DNA from: a virus
DNA length: 64,000 bases
Direction: 5' to 3' (one strand)
Virus record (IMG/VR): IMGVR_UViG_3300013006_000024
Span: 32,001 to 96,000 of that record
Shown: positions 28,420 to 38,857 of the stretch, piece after piece
Layout: each line of letters begins with the position of its first letter
Position numbering within the stretch: the first letter of the stretch is position 1
The notes under the pieces: model-generated
Database searches by the model: none
What the model was told of the DNA's origin: nothing
The model's input: the letters and a program-made list of their open reading frames with translations, nothing else
Program-made: the position numbers and the translations under genes

Positions 28420-30471
28420 ATGGTTAAAACAGCGACAAAAACACTTTATCCGGAATTAGTAGATTCTAATATCGCTAATTCTGTAGAGTTTGTAAAAAAA
28501 TACTCTAATTTTTTACCTAGAATTGGAAGTATAACTTATACTAATCCTAATCAGCCTGTCGATTCTGTAGTACCACAAGCTTTACCAGGTGTAAACGAGG
28601 ACGGTACTTATCAAATGGATGTTAGAGTTACTGGCTACTCGCCAGATGAACCGACTTCAGACCCTGATACACGAGCCGGACTCGCTTCACAGACAAACAC
28701 CTACGGAAAACTACGTCAAGGCTATAGTGTTGCTGTTGACCCCAAAGTTATACCTTATGGTAGCCGTATATCTATACCTGGGTTGGGTGATAATTTTGTA
28801 GCTATGGATACAGGTGGTGCTGTAAAGAGTCGTCAGGCCAGTAAAAAAACAGGTGGTCAGCCTGTAATAGATGTTTACTTTGATTCATACAGTCAGCAGC
28901 TGCAGTTTGAAAGAACAAATAAACCCGTTTTAGCGGCAAAAATTTATCCACCAGATGGTACAGCTATTCAAAGCGTAGCGCAAACAGATAAAACAGAGCA
29001 ACAACAAACTGAGACTGTTGGCGATTTAACACCTCAATTAGAGACTTCTATTAACTACTGGAATGCTAAAAAAAGCGGAGATCCTATAACAGCGTTAGTT
29101 AGCTTTTTTGAATTATTAGATAGCACTACTTTAAAAGAATTTAATAATGATTTTGTATTTTTTTGGTATAAGAAACTCAACTCTACAATTGATGTAGTAA
29201 AATCGCAGTTAAATTTAGCAGATGATTCGTTACTAAACGCTCCTAGCGATAGCATAGGGCTGTTAGTTAATGTTAAAAATAAGTTTGATGATAGTGTATC
29301 ACCTATTACTGATGTTATACTATCGTATGGCCCGCCTAATATAGTGCCTGTATCTTTAAAAAACAAGATAAGCTCTGTTACAAGTAGTGTTGTAAGTGAG
29401 ATGTCTACAAAAAATAGTATTTTAATGAAAGGAAATCTTCTCAATATAGTAAAAACTAGCGACCCTACAAGCATTATTACGGATACAACGCAGTCACATG
29501 GACTTAATCTAATGACTGATTATAATTTTTACCAAACGTTTTATAAAAATATAGAGTCTCTAATTAATGAATTGTTCGCAGAGTTTAGTAACACTAAAGA
29601 TTACATCACGTTCTTTAGCAATATTAATGATAAAATAGGATATAATTGCAGAAACTACACAAATAATAATTTACAGCAAATAACAGACGTAACTTTTGAT
29701 ATGTACATAGAGGAAGCCAATCAAACCTTAGATTTACTAAAAAATAAAATAAAAGATTCAATGAGTAATATGACTATTAAAAATACTCTATCCATAAACC
29801 AGACTCTCTTAAGTAAACCTACATTAACTACAAAGGATATTAATGACAAATTTACTTACAAGCAGAGATCATTCAATGTTATACCTATCTCAAGAGCATC
29901 ATCTGCACTTACTAACACACGAGGAGCTATTCAGAACCTTCAAATACCTAACGCTAACTTATCTAGACTTAATATAGTTGCGCAAAAGACAGGGATTACA
30001 GAAATACCCTCCGCTTCACAATATTTAGGCGATGTAAATAATCTAACTAGCTCTATCACTAACCTAGACGCTATTAAGCAAGTAGCTAATTTAAATATGC
30101 CATTGTCTCTACCTTCAGTTGACGCAGGTTCATTCCCTGAACTAGCAGCAATTGCTACTAATACTAGCTTTAATAATTCTGATCCCCAAGCTATACTAGC
30201 AAGAGCCGAGGCAATTAAAAATACTTTATGCGATTTCAGGTTACCAGTTGTGGGTGAGATAGATTTTAATGCATTAGCTAATGCAGATATTGATTTTGAC
30301 CCGGAATCGCTTGCTAAAAGACTAGAAGCAATACTACCCAAGATAACATTACCCAAGACAGATGATTTTAAGAAGATGTTTATTAAGTTAAAACCTACCT
30401 TTAATCAAATATGGAAAGATTTTTATGCTAAATACTTTGAATGCAAAAATAATAATAATAATTTAGCTTGA
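28420..30471 (+). CDS. Tail/baseplate-associated protein with a 3D (MltA-like) peptidoglycan-lytic domain
   Basis: VTGYSP...VAVDPKVIPYGSRISIPG...AMDTGGAVK...IDVYF: three-Asp 3D signature at residues ~65-175. Confidence 0.75.
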   Translation: MVKTATKTLYPELVDSNIANSVEFVKKYSNFLPRIGSITYTNPNQPVDSVVPQALPGVNEDGTYQMDVRVTGYSPDEPTSDPDTRAGLASQTNTYGKLRQGYSVAVDPKVIPYGSRISIPGLGDNFVAMDTGGAVKSRQASKKTGGQPVIDVYFDSYSQQLQFERTNKPVLAAKIYPPDGTAIQSVAQTDKTEQQQTETVGDLTPQLETSINYWNAKKSGDPITALVSFFELLDSTTLKEFNNDFVFFWYKKLNSTIDVVKSQLNLADDSLLNAPSDSIGLLVNVKNKFDDSVSPITDVILSYGPPNIVPVSLKNKISSVTSSVVSEMSTKNSILMKGNLLNIVKTSDPTSIITDTTQSHGLNLMTDYNFYQTFYKNIESLINELFAEFSNTKDYITFFSNINDKIGYNCRNYTNNNLQQITDVTFDMYIEEANQTLDLLKNKIKDSMSNMTIKNTLSINQTLLSKPTLTTKDINDKFTYKQRSFNVIPISRASSALTNTRGAIQNLQIPNANLSRLNIVAQKTGITEIPSASQYLGDVNNLTSSITNLDAIKQVANLNMPLSLPSVDAGSFPELAAIATNTSFNNSDPQAILARAEAIKNTLCDFRLPVVGEIDFNALANADIDFDPESLAKRLEAILPKITLPKTDDFKKMFIKLKPTFNQIWKDFYAKYFECKNNNNNLA

Positions 30472-30927
30472 TGGTTCTATATCTATTATTTTTGCATTAG
30501 TGTTTGCTGTGTCTATAAGCATTTTAAAGACTTGCTCTCGTGTAGCTAATAATTTATTATTATTATCAGCCTCTTTTAATTCCTTTTTAGTAGCTATATC
30601 CATTTCCTTAGCTTTAATAACAGTTTCATTTCTTTTATCCGTTACAATAATCTTATTAAGTGTCTCAATAGCAGCGGAAGTTGCAGCAATTAAATCAGCA
30701 AGTGACCCTACATCCTTACTTTCGGGTGCAGATGATATATAATCTTTAACGTTAGACACCACATCCAGGCTTTCCTCTACTAACTTACCTGCCTTTTCGA
30801 CGACAAACCGTTCCATATCCTCTTTCTTAAGTGGGTTTGATTCCTTTTTAGCTATTTCTGCCTTTTTATTAGCATCATTTAACTGCTCTAATAGATCGCC
30901 TACCATTTCGTTAAGTTCTTCACTCAT
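30463..30927 (-). CDS. Probable terminase small subunit (gp16-like)
   Basis: 154 aa, two long helices (KLVEESLDVV...SLADLIAATSAAIETLNKI) and C-terminal NNNKLLATREQVFKML resembling gp16 of T4-like phages; late promoter. Confidence 0.5.
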   Translation of the reverse strand: MSEELNEMVGDLLEQLNDANKKAEIAKKESNPLKKEDMERFVVEKAGKLVEESLDVVSNVKDYISSAPESKDVGSLADLIAATSAAIETLNKIIVTDKRNETVIKAKEMDIATKKELKEADNNNKLLATREQVFKMLIDTANTNAKIIDIEPSS

Positions 30928-30978
30928 AATATTATTTATCTACTATTGATTTTTATAAACATGTATTATAATAGATGT

Positions 30979-31446
30979 ATGTATAATGTAACTAAAGATG
31001 CAGATCCAAATATACAGTTTCTACCTGTACTAAAATTTGAAAAAACACATGAGCTAGCTAAATTACCGACTAAAAATCATGAATCCGACACAGGATATGA
31101 TGTTTATTCAGTCGAAGACACGGTAATACCAGCAAAAAGCAATGCAGTTGTTGGGGTCGGTCTAAAATTCGCTTCAATACCCGAAGGATACTGGGTAAAA
31201 GTCGAATCCAGAAGCGGTTTAGGGTTTAAACATAGCATTTTAGCACATCCCGGTATTATTGATTGTGGGTATAGAGGCGATGCAGGTGTAAAGTTATATA
31301 ATCTTTCTGATAAAGATTACGAAGTCAAAGCTGGTGATAGAATTGCTCAGTTTGTCGTATATCTTAACTTTTCTATGCCAGTTGAATGGGGTAAATGTGA
31401 GAATAGTGAGAGGGGTGAGAAGGGATTTGGCTCTTCAGGTAAATAA
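30979..31446 (+). CDS. dut: Trimeric dUTPase (start at ATG 30979)
   Basis: TGYDV, RSGLG, GIIDCGYRG, GDRIAQ, RGEKGFGSSG (motifs I-V). Confidence 0.95.
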   Translation: MYNVTKDADPNIQFLPVLKFEKTHELAKLPTKNHESDTGYDVYSVEDTVIPAKSNAVVGVGLKFASIPEGYWVKVESRSGLGFKHSILAHPGIIDCGYRGDAGVKLYNLSDKDYEVKAGDRIAQFVVYLNFSMPVEWGKCENSERGEKGFGSSGK

Positions 31447-32378
31447 TGAGTATTGATTTCAGTAACCTATGGGTCGAAAAGTATAGGCCTAGCGCTTTAT
31501 CTGATTTCACTATATCAGATAAAAATAAAACCGTTATAGAGTCGTATAAATCGCAGAAAGAAATACCTAACCTACTTTTTATTGGTACCCCTGGTATAGG
31601 TAAGACGACATTAGCTAAGATTCTTGTTAATGAGGTACTAGAGTGTCAGTACCTCTATATTAATGCAAGCGATGAAAACGGAATTGACACAATTAGAACA
31701 AAAGTTACAAGTTTTGCGCAGACAAAAAGCATAGATGGTAAAATAAAGGTTATTATTTTAGATGAAACAGACGGTCTTTCTATTGATGCTCAGCGTGCTC
31801 TTAGAAATACTATGGAAGAGTTTGCTAAGATTACTCGTTTTATCCTAACTGCTAACTATAAGCATAGAGTTATAACAGCATTGCAAAGTAGATGTCAAGG
31901 ATTTGACCTTACACTTAGCTTAGATGGCGTTGTAAAGAGATGTGTACATATTCTTAAGGCGGAAAAAGTTAATATACCTACAGAAGAAAAGCAGAAATTA
32001 ATGGAATTTATTAAATCCTTTTATCCTGATTTGCGTAAGTGTATAAACGAATTACAAAAATCTTCAGCAAGCGGCACACTTAAGCTTACAGATTCGTTTA
32101 ATGATGACGTACTAACGCTGATATACGAACAAATTAAGAATAAGAATGTTATGGCTCTTCGTAAAGCTTTAATTGAAAGCGAGCAGCAGTTTAACAGTGA
32201 TTATGTCACACTAATGCGCAATTTGTTTAATTATATAGACAATCAGGACATACAACTTAATATTAAAAAGAAGTACCTATTAACCTTAGCTGAGCATTTG
32301 TATAGAAGCAGTTTTGTAGTCGATCAAGAAATTAATTGCTATACTTGTTTTATTGCGATGTCGGAAGTTAGCGTTTAG
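31446..32378 (+). CDS. gp44: Clamp loader ATPase (T4 gp44 / RFC-small-like)
   Basis: LWVEKYRP, GTPGIGKTT, INASDENG, IILDETD, AQRALR, SRC, PDLRKCINELQ. Confidence 0.93.
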   Translation: MSIDFSNLWVEKYRPSALSDFTISDKNKTVIESYKSQKEIPNLLFIGTPGIGKTTLAKILVNEVLECQYLYINASDENGIDTIRTKVTSFAQTKSIDGKIKVIILDETDGLSIDAQRALRNTMEEFAKITRFILTANYKHRVITALQSRCQGFDLTLSLDGVVKRCVHILKAEKVNIPTEEKQKLMEFIKSFYPDLRKCINELQKSSASGTLKLTDSFNDDVLTLIYEQIKNKNVMALRKALIESEQQFNSDYVTLMRNLFNYIDNQDIQLNIKKKYLLTLAEHLYRSSFVVDQEINCYTCFIAMSEVSV

Positions 32379-32976
32379 GAAGATATTTATAAGTATACGA
32401 TGCGGGATCTGCTTGACCCTGGACAGGCTGAGAAGGTATTTTTATGTTAGTATTTAAAAGCTCTCTATCACCTTTAGAGAGTTTTTTATTACCTAAATCT
32501 GAAAGCATCGTATCTTTAGGGGAAAAGAATGGCACTTCTTCATTTTCACCCTTTAACTTCTTAGGCTTAATATTAACTCTTCTAGATGGATCGCCTTTCT
32601 TAAAAACTTCAGGAACTTCAGGTAAATTAGGATAAGAGCTTATAGGTTTAAGCATTCTAGCTGGAACTGTTACGAAATCCATGTACCTACCAGGTGCTAT
32701 CTCTGATGTAATATCTACATTAAACTCAGTACCATTATAATCCGTATTACCTGCACCTTGAACAGCAGGTAGAACGCTCTTAATAGACGACACTCTTAGG
32801 TTTAAACCGCTTTTTGCCATAGACTGTATCTTTTCCTTAGTATTTTCACCTAATCCCTTATACCACGGATCATTAAATGCACCTTCTCCGAACACAACTA
32901 CGTCTCCAGCTAATAATCCACCTATTGTATATCTCTGCATTGCGGATTCATATAATTCGACAAAATTACGCTTCAT
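32368..32976 (-). CDS. Hypothetical late (head-associated?) protein
   Basis: TAAATA 7 nt upstream; N-terminal FVELYES. Confidence 0.6.
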   Translation of the reverse strand: MKRNFVELYESAMQRYTIGGLLAGDVVVFGEGAFNDPWYKGLGENTKEKIQSMAKSGLNLRVSSIKSVLPAVQGAGNTDYNGTEFNVDITSEIAPGRYMDFVTVPARMLKPISSYPNLPEVPEVFKKGDPSRRVNIKPKKLKGENEEVPFFSPKDTMLSDLGNKKLSKGDRELLNTNIKIPSQPVQGQADPASYTYKYLPKR

Positions 32977-33034
32977 TTTAAATTATTTATTCTTTATACT
33001 ATGAATAAAACTGATTTTAAAAGAATAAAAATGA

Positions 33035-33042
33035 TATAAATA
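33035..33042 (+). promoter_or_regulatory. T4-type late promoter TATAAATA
   Basis: Exact consensus 5 nt before GTG 33048. Confidence 0.7.
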
Positions 33043-33047
33043 ATAAC

Positions 33048-33527
33048 GTGGCTACTATTAAAATAGAATCTGTTGCTCAACTGGAAAAAGCGCAAAGTAA
33101 CTTTACATATACGGATTTAAAGCTAGATCTTGAATTTGACTACACTAAAAACAATGAACTTCTTAAGCGAAAAGAAATTAAAGATATTAAAATAGACTAT
33201 GACTACGCAGCAATAAGAAATTCAATATTCAATCTGCTAAATACAGTACCCGGCCAAAGAATATTAAATCCATACTTTGGCGTTAACCTTCAAAAATACC
33301 TTTTTAATAGAGTTACCGAAATACAAGCTATGAATATCGGAAATGATATAGTTCAAGCTATTTCAAAATTCGAACCTAGAGTAGTTGTGCAGAATGTTAA
33401 TGTAGAGGTAGATGAAGTTAATCAGCAATATAATATTTTATTAACCTTAGGGCTGGTCGGTATTGATTCAACTTCTAGCTTTAGACTAGTAGGAACATTA
33501 AGTAATTCAGGATTATTCTTTAACTAA
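33048..33527 (+). CDS. gp25: Baseplate wedge protein (T4 gp25-like)
   Basis: YTDLKLD, AIRNSIFNLLNTVPGQRILNPYFG, ISKFEPRV. Confidence 0.9.
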   Translation: MATIKIESVAQLEKAQSNFTYTDLKLDLEFDYTKNNELLKRKEIKDIKIDYDYAAIRNSIFNLLNTVPGQRILNPYFGVNLQKYLFNRVTEIQAMNIGNDIVQAISKFEPRVVVQNVNVEVDEVNQQYNILLTLGLVGIDSTSSFRLVGTLSNSGLFFN

Positions 33528-33528
33528 T

Positions 33529-35385
33529 ATGGCAACATCATTTAACAACTTTGATATAACACCGACAGGCTATGTTGCGTTCGACGCATTAAGTCTCAAG
33601 AGCTTAATTAATGCACGATTAAATAGCAAAAACTTTTTTACTGATCAAAATTTTGAAGGAAGCAATATATCTTCAATTATTGATATTGTAGCTTATGCTT
33701 ACCATGTATTAATGTTTTATTTGAACCGTACTAGTTCTGAAAGTACTTTTACAACCGCTGAATTGTATGAAAATATTAATAAAATTGTAAAGCTTATAAA
33801 TTACAATCCTATTGGCTATCAAACTGCAATTCTTTCTTTTTTAGCTACAGCATCAGATAGTCTACCAATAAACATTTATACCATACCTAGGTATTCGTAT
33901 TTTACTCTCAACGGTGTCAATTACGCATTTAATAGAGATGTCACTTTTTCAAAAAATCTTTCATCTTCTGAAACTCTAACCGACTTACAAGAAAATAATT
34001 TATTATTTCAAGGTATATATAACGAATACCCTGCTTATACAGCTACAGGTGAACCTTTTGAAATACTCACCCTTACAGTTACTGACCCCAACGGTGCAAA
34101 TATAATTATAGATCATTTTAATATTGATGTATATGTAAAAGATAATTCTTTAACAACACCGGTATGGACAAAATGGGAACCGACTCAATCGTTATTCTTA
34201 GAAAAATCAAATACACAAAAATATGAAATAAGATTAAACGAAAACCAAAGATATGAAATTAAATTTGGCAATAATGTAACTGGTAAAAAACTAAATGCTG
34301 GCGATACAGTAGCTGTATATTATTTGAGATCTAATGGAACGTCAGGTGAGGTGGGACCCGGTCTTTTAGATAATAATAGATTGTTCTTTTATAATACACC
34401 TCAATTTAATACAATTAAAAGCAATGTTATTCCAGATAACTTAAATTTAATTACCAGTACTCAAGCAAGTTACCTTGCGTTTTCAAATATAGATGCTTCA
34501 ACACAGTTTGTAGATATTGAATCTGTTAAGGATATTAAGACTAATGCTATTAATTCCTTTAGAAGCCAGTATAGGCTTATCACATCAGAAGATTTTACAA
34601 GCTATATATCTAAAAACTATAGCAATATAATATCTTCTACAAGAGCTGTTAATAATTGGGATTATATATCAGGCCATTTAAAGTATTATTTCGATCTAGG
34701 AGTAGATAAACCTAATTTACAAAGTAGAGTACTGTTTAATCAGGTAAAGTTTTCTGATTCTTGTAATTTTAATAACGTATACATATATGCGGTACCAAGA
34801 CTTGAGAAGCTCACTTCTTTAACAACACGTGCAAGCTATATTAACTCTGCGCAAAAACAGCTTTTGTTAAATGATCTACAGCAAGTCAAGCTCACTACTG
34901 CAGAAATTATTATCAATGACCCTGTATACATGGCTGTCGACTTAGGTGTAGCACAGCCTGGTGAGCAGCTCACACCGCAAATAAGCGACACAACATATTT
35001 AGAAATAATAAGAGAGATTACTGCAAAGAGAAACCCCGAATCGTTAAAAGATTCTATAAAAAATATTATTTCCTCTTATTTCTCTACATCAAAAGATAAT
35101 TTAGGTAAATTAATAAATCTAGGTGAACTTACTAATCAGATATTTGAATTAGAAGGTATAACTGAAATAAATACTATTAGAAAAATTGGTAATACAACTA
35201 TTAGAGTACCAGGCATTAGTCTTTTAATTTATAATCCCGTTTACCCGTATAATGATATTAATATAACCACACAGGATTTACAGCTTCCCTATTTTAAATT
35301 TCCATTTTTAAATAATCCATTAGATTTTGCTGATAAAGTAACCGTCGTCACACCTTCAATACAAGTATTACAGACGGAGTTTTAA
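33529..35385 (+). CDS. gp6: Baseplate wedge protein (T4 gp6-like)
   Basis: FDALSLK, FTDQNFEGSNIS.IIDIVAY, YEIKFGNNVTGKK, YLRSNG, QYRLITSEDF. Confidence 0.9.
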   Translation: MATSFNNFDITPTGYVAFDALSLKSLINARLNSKNFFTDQNFEGSNISSIIDIVAYAYHVLMFYLNRTSSESTFTTAELYENINKIVKLINYNPIGYQTAILSFLATASDSLPINIYTIPRYSYFTLNGVNYAFNRDVTFSKNLSSSETLTDLQENNLLFQGIYNEYPAYTATGEPFEILTLTVTDPNGANIIIDHFNIDVYVKDNSLTTPVWTKWEPTQSLFLEKSNTQKYEIRLNENQRYEIKFGNNVTGKKLNAGDTVAVYYLRSNGTSGEVGPGLLDNNRLFFYNTPQFNTIKSNVIPDNLNLITSTQASYLAFSNIDASTQFVDIESVKDIKTNAINSFRSQYRLITSEDFTSYISKNYSNIISSTRAVNNWDYISGHLKYYFDLGVDKPNLQSRVLFNQVKFSDSCNFNNVYIYAVPRLEKLTSLTTRASYINSAQKQLLLNDLQQVKLTTAEIIINDPVYMAVDLGVAQPGEQLTPQISDTTYLEIIREITAKRNPESLKDSIKNIISSYFSTSKDNLGKLINLGELTNQIFELEGITEINTIRKIGNTTIRVPGISLLIYNPVYPYNDINITTQDLQLPYFKFPFLNNPLDFADKVTVVTPSIQVLQTEF

Positions 35386-38300
35386 TGGCTAATCAGGTCA
35401 ATTACAAATACGTCTACTTTAGCGTACGCGATTATACTGGTAATGAAGCACTATCTTCTTATACACTTTCTAATACACCTTTAACCTTTAAGCCTGACTT
35501 TGAATTATCATTTTCACCTAATGAACTAACAAATATATCCAACAAAAGAATAACCTGGGACTTCGGTGACGGGACCACATCAACAGATCTAACAGCTACC
35601 CACCAATATAGATGGCCAGGTAATTATACACCCATACTAACTATCTATGATAGACTGGGAAATGCATTTGATAGTTCTTATCAACCTACTATTAGTATAT
35701 ATAATTTTGTTTACGATCAATTAGTATTTGAGGATTATAGAAAATTTATTTACGATGTACCAGCTAGTAAAATTAACGATCCGTTGACCGTTAACCGCCA
35801 ATCTAGTTGGCAATCTTACAACGCTTTAAGCGCGACGGGGTATACAGTAAACCTATATGCATCGGGCGCTGCAGGAGATTATTTAAATATTGATAATTTT
35901 TTCGACGATAAATGGTCACATTTGCGCGCTTTAAGCAGATTTATTGAAAAAGTTAAAGTAGGCTCAGACTTCGAATATGCGCCTGTTAATAAATTAGTTA
36001 CTTCTAATCAAGAGATTTACTGCAGGATAAATGATGATAAGCAGTTAGAGTTATGTGAGCAAGGCAGTAAAGATAGTGTCTTTGCAGGAACAACAGGGTC
36101 TTGCGTATTTTATTATGTTGATGATAGAGCTAAGAACTTTACTTCAAGGGAGTTCCCTATATTTTTATTTGCTACTCTAGACAGTTCTAAGTTCCAAGAC
36201 AAATATTCTTTTGAGAATAATGCATTTGATTATATAAACTACCCTCCACATGGATTTCAAATGCTTAAACCAGCTGTATTACCTATAATTAAAGTTCGTC
36301 ATAACCCTGCAAAGCAACTTTCTATCTCAACTACAGGTATCGAAGGTGAAGGTACTCTATCTTCTACTAAATTTGATATACCTGAAGTTAGCTGGCAGAA
36401 TACAGAGATACCGTTTGTTATAAAAATGCGAGATAATGAAAATTTTACTACTAAAACTTACCCTCCACTATCTTCTTCTACAGTTAACACAGCTTTAACT
36501 AGCTTAACAAGCTATAACTTAACATTCGGGTTAGTACAGCATACAGGTACAGGTACAATACCGTACACAGCTGTTAAGTTTTATGAAGATTTTACAGCTG
36601 ATGCTCCGCAATCTATAGGAGCGTTCTATAAAGGATATTTCGTTCCACAAGAAACCGCATTAAATGTGTCGCTTACTGCACATATGATTGTGCAAGATCC
36701 TATTAATTTTCCAAAAGATAGTTTGATTGGTTGGATAGCTGTACCGCAGTTCAATGTACTGTTAAGATTCTTTAATCTTCAAATTTATGATTATTGTAAA
36801 GGGTACCTAGATTTTACCGCATCAGCTAGCGGTAAATTCTTTTATAATTATGAAAATAGAAATGTTTACTCCATACAAGTAGCGCCCTCGGGATCATTAT
36901 TTGGTAGTGATTACCAGACATGGTTTGCTGATGGTACTACAGACAATTTATTTAAATTTGATAGTAATGGAAATATATTATCTTCTTTCGCTTTATCGAG
37001 CTACCCTGCATTTACTGGTATGTATAATATGACTAATTATGTTGATTTAAGATCGGATGTATTGAGCAGTGCTGCGCCTGGTAGTATTGCTATGGATGGT
37101 AATAGCGATCTATGGGTTGCATTGTTTGACGCGGTATCTGCTATAAAGATAGATAAAGATTCAGGCCGTATTAAAGCAATCGCATATCCAGATACAGCAA
37201 ATATTGTTTATGCATTGAGTTCAGATTACAATCTACCACAATTACAAGGGTTTGCAGGAGAAAATTTATTACTACCCGCAAGCGTCGATACAGATATTAA
37301 TAATAATGTTTGGATAACATATACCCACCCAGTTTCAAACTTTTTAGTAAAATATGATACAAATGGTAATTTATTAAGAACTATTACATTTCCCTACTTA
37401 CATTCGCCTGTTGAGCTTTGTGTCGATAGAAATAGAAATGTATGGCTAACTACATACAATCTGACTACCTCAGCTAGGGAATTAACTGCTAGAAACGATT
37501 TTCTCTACAAATTCGATAGCGAAGGTAATACATTACCGGGATATCCTTTGTCTGGATTTAAGCTTATCGGAAATATTGCTGTAGATGGTCAGCAAAATGC
37601 TTGGGTAGCACAAGATAGACAAACTATTACTAAAATTGACGCTTTAACAAGACTGCGTACAGACTATATAGCAGGGTCAGGTAATTACACAAACTATATT
37701 CAAAGCTTTGGAGGTATTGCTTGCGATACATCTTCATTTATATGGGCTATTAATAATTTTGATCAAAAATTATATTTTATTGATGCTACTGAACCACCTA
37801 AACCTATAAATGAAATACCATATATTGATTTAGTAATGCCCGGTTCAAGCTTAGAAAACCCTGTTTCAACTTTCGAGGAAAAGTCTTTTCAAGCTTATGG
37901 TGATTGGCTGGGTAGCAAATGGCTGAACAAGTATATAGATGATACAAGCACGATTAGAGTGCTTACAGGCGAGTCTAATTTATTTAATTTATACCCTCTT
38001 TCTGGTGAATATAATATTTCTAAGATTAATGAAGATTTTGACGCCAGTAGCTATTACAAATCCTTAATATTAAATGAAACACTTGAAGATAGATATGTAT
38101 TTTTTAACGATTTCTTAGGTACTATTGTAGGCAATTTATCCTCTCAGCCCTACGAACTAGGTAAAACAGTTTACGAGAAGATTGCTAACTATGTATCTAA
38201 TAATTCCGATATAGATGCTGTAAACTTAGATCAGCTTTTATCGTTTTGCAACGAATTATCAGTACAGTTTGAACAATATAATTATCCGTTCCCCCCTCAA

Positions 38301-38849
38301 TTAGCACGTTTAGTAAATATGCTCTCCATTAAGCATAAAAAACTATGGGGCGAGAGAAATAAGTTTAATCTACAGTTTGAAAACTACGGACTTAGCAATA
38401 ATAAGAATTTAGGTACACAACTATCTACCTTAACTAGTGTAATATCTTCAGGCTATTCGTTAGTTGCATACGAAAAGTTCTCAAATGCATATCTTGTAGT
38501 TAACAACGTAGAGATACTATCTGCTGGATTGCCGCTAGAATATGGTACAGAAATTCCTTTATCTGCATATAATTATGATTGGGGTTGGGGATTAGTTTCG
38601 CCAAAATCGCTTTCTGGAGATCGAATATCTGATTTTTATTCATTCTATAACTATATACCCACTTATGAAGATTCGTATAGAGAGAATATTATTGATTGGG
38701 ACAACCCTTTAACAACACTTACTTTTACTAACAGTTCATTTTCCGAATGGAGTAAAGATAGTGGTATAATGCAAAACATATTAAGCTATGAACTAACTAA
38801 AGGCCTCCGCCTGTTTTTAAGTGCTAGCGACTTAGTATACAACAATTAA
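35385..38849 (+). CDS. Large baseplate wedge protein (gp7-like position) with PKD domain and NHL/beta-propeller repeats
   Basis: ITWDFGDGTTS...ATHQY..PGNY (PKD); repeated D.N.N.W/KFDS.GN units; follows gp6. Confidence 0.65.
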   Translation: MANQVNYKYVYFSVRDYTGNEALSSYTLSNTPLTFKPDFELSFSPNELTNISNKRITWDFGDGTTSTDLTATHQYRWPGNYTPILTIYDRLGNAFDSSYQPTISIYNFVYDQLVFEDYRKFIYDVPASKINDPLTVNRQSSWQSYNALSATGYTVNLYASGAAGDYLNIDNFFDDKWSHLRALSRFIEKVKVGSDFEYAPVNKLVTSNQEIYCRINDDKQLELCEQGSKDSVFAGTTGSCVFYYVDDRAKNFTSREFPIFLFATLDSSKFQDKYSFENNAFDYINYPPHGFQMLKPAVLPIIKVRHNPAKQLSISTTGIEGEGTLSSTKFDIPEVSWQNTEIPFVIKMRDNENFTTKTYPPLSSSTVNTALTSLTSYNLTFGLVQHTGTGTIPYTAVKFYEDFTADAPQSIGAFYKGYFVPQETALNVSLTAHMIVQDPINFPKDSLIGWIAVPQFNVLLRFFNLQIYDYCKGYLDFTASASGKFFYNYENRNVYSIQVAPSGSLFGSDYQTWFADGTTDNLFKFDSNGNILSSFALSSYPAFTGMYNMTNYVDLRSDVLSSAAPGSIAMDGNSDLWVALFDAVSAIKIDKDSGRIKAIAYPDTANIVYALSSDYNLPQLQGFAGENLLLPASVDTDINNNVWITYTHPVSNFLVKYDTNGNLLRTITFPYLHSPVELCVDRNRNVWLTTYNLTTSARELTARNDFLYKFDSEGNTLPGYPLSGFKLIGNIAVDGQQNAWVAQDRQTITKIDALTRLRTDYIAGSGNYTNYIQSFGGIACDTSSFIWAINNFDQKLYFIDATEPPKPINEIPYIDLVMPGSSLENPVSTFEEKSFQAYGDWLGSKWLNKYIDDTSTIRVLTGESNLFNLYPLSGEYNISKINEDFDASSYYKSLILNETLEDRYVFFNDFLGTIVGNLSSQPYELGKTVYEKIANYVSNNSDIDAVNLDQLLSFCNELSVQFEQYNYPFPPQLARLVNMLSIKHKKLWGERNKFNLQFENYGLSNNKNLGTQLSTLTSVISSGYSLVAYEKFSNAYLVVNNVEILSAGLPLEYGTEIPLSAYNYDWGWGLVSPKSLSGDRISDFYSFYNYIPTYEDSYRENIIDWDNPLTTLTFTNSSFSEWSKDSGIMQNILSYELTKGLRLFLSASDLVYNN

Positions 38850-38857
38850 ATAATTAG

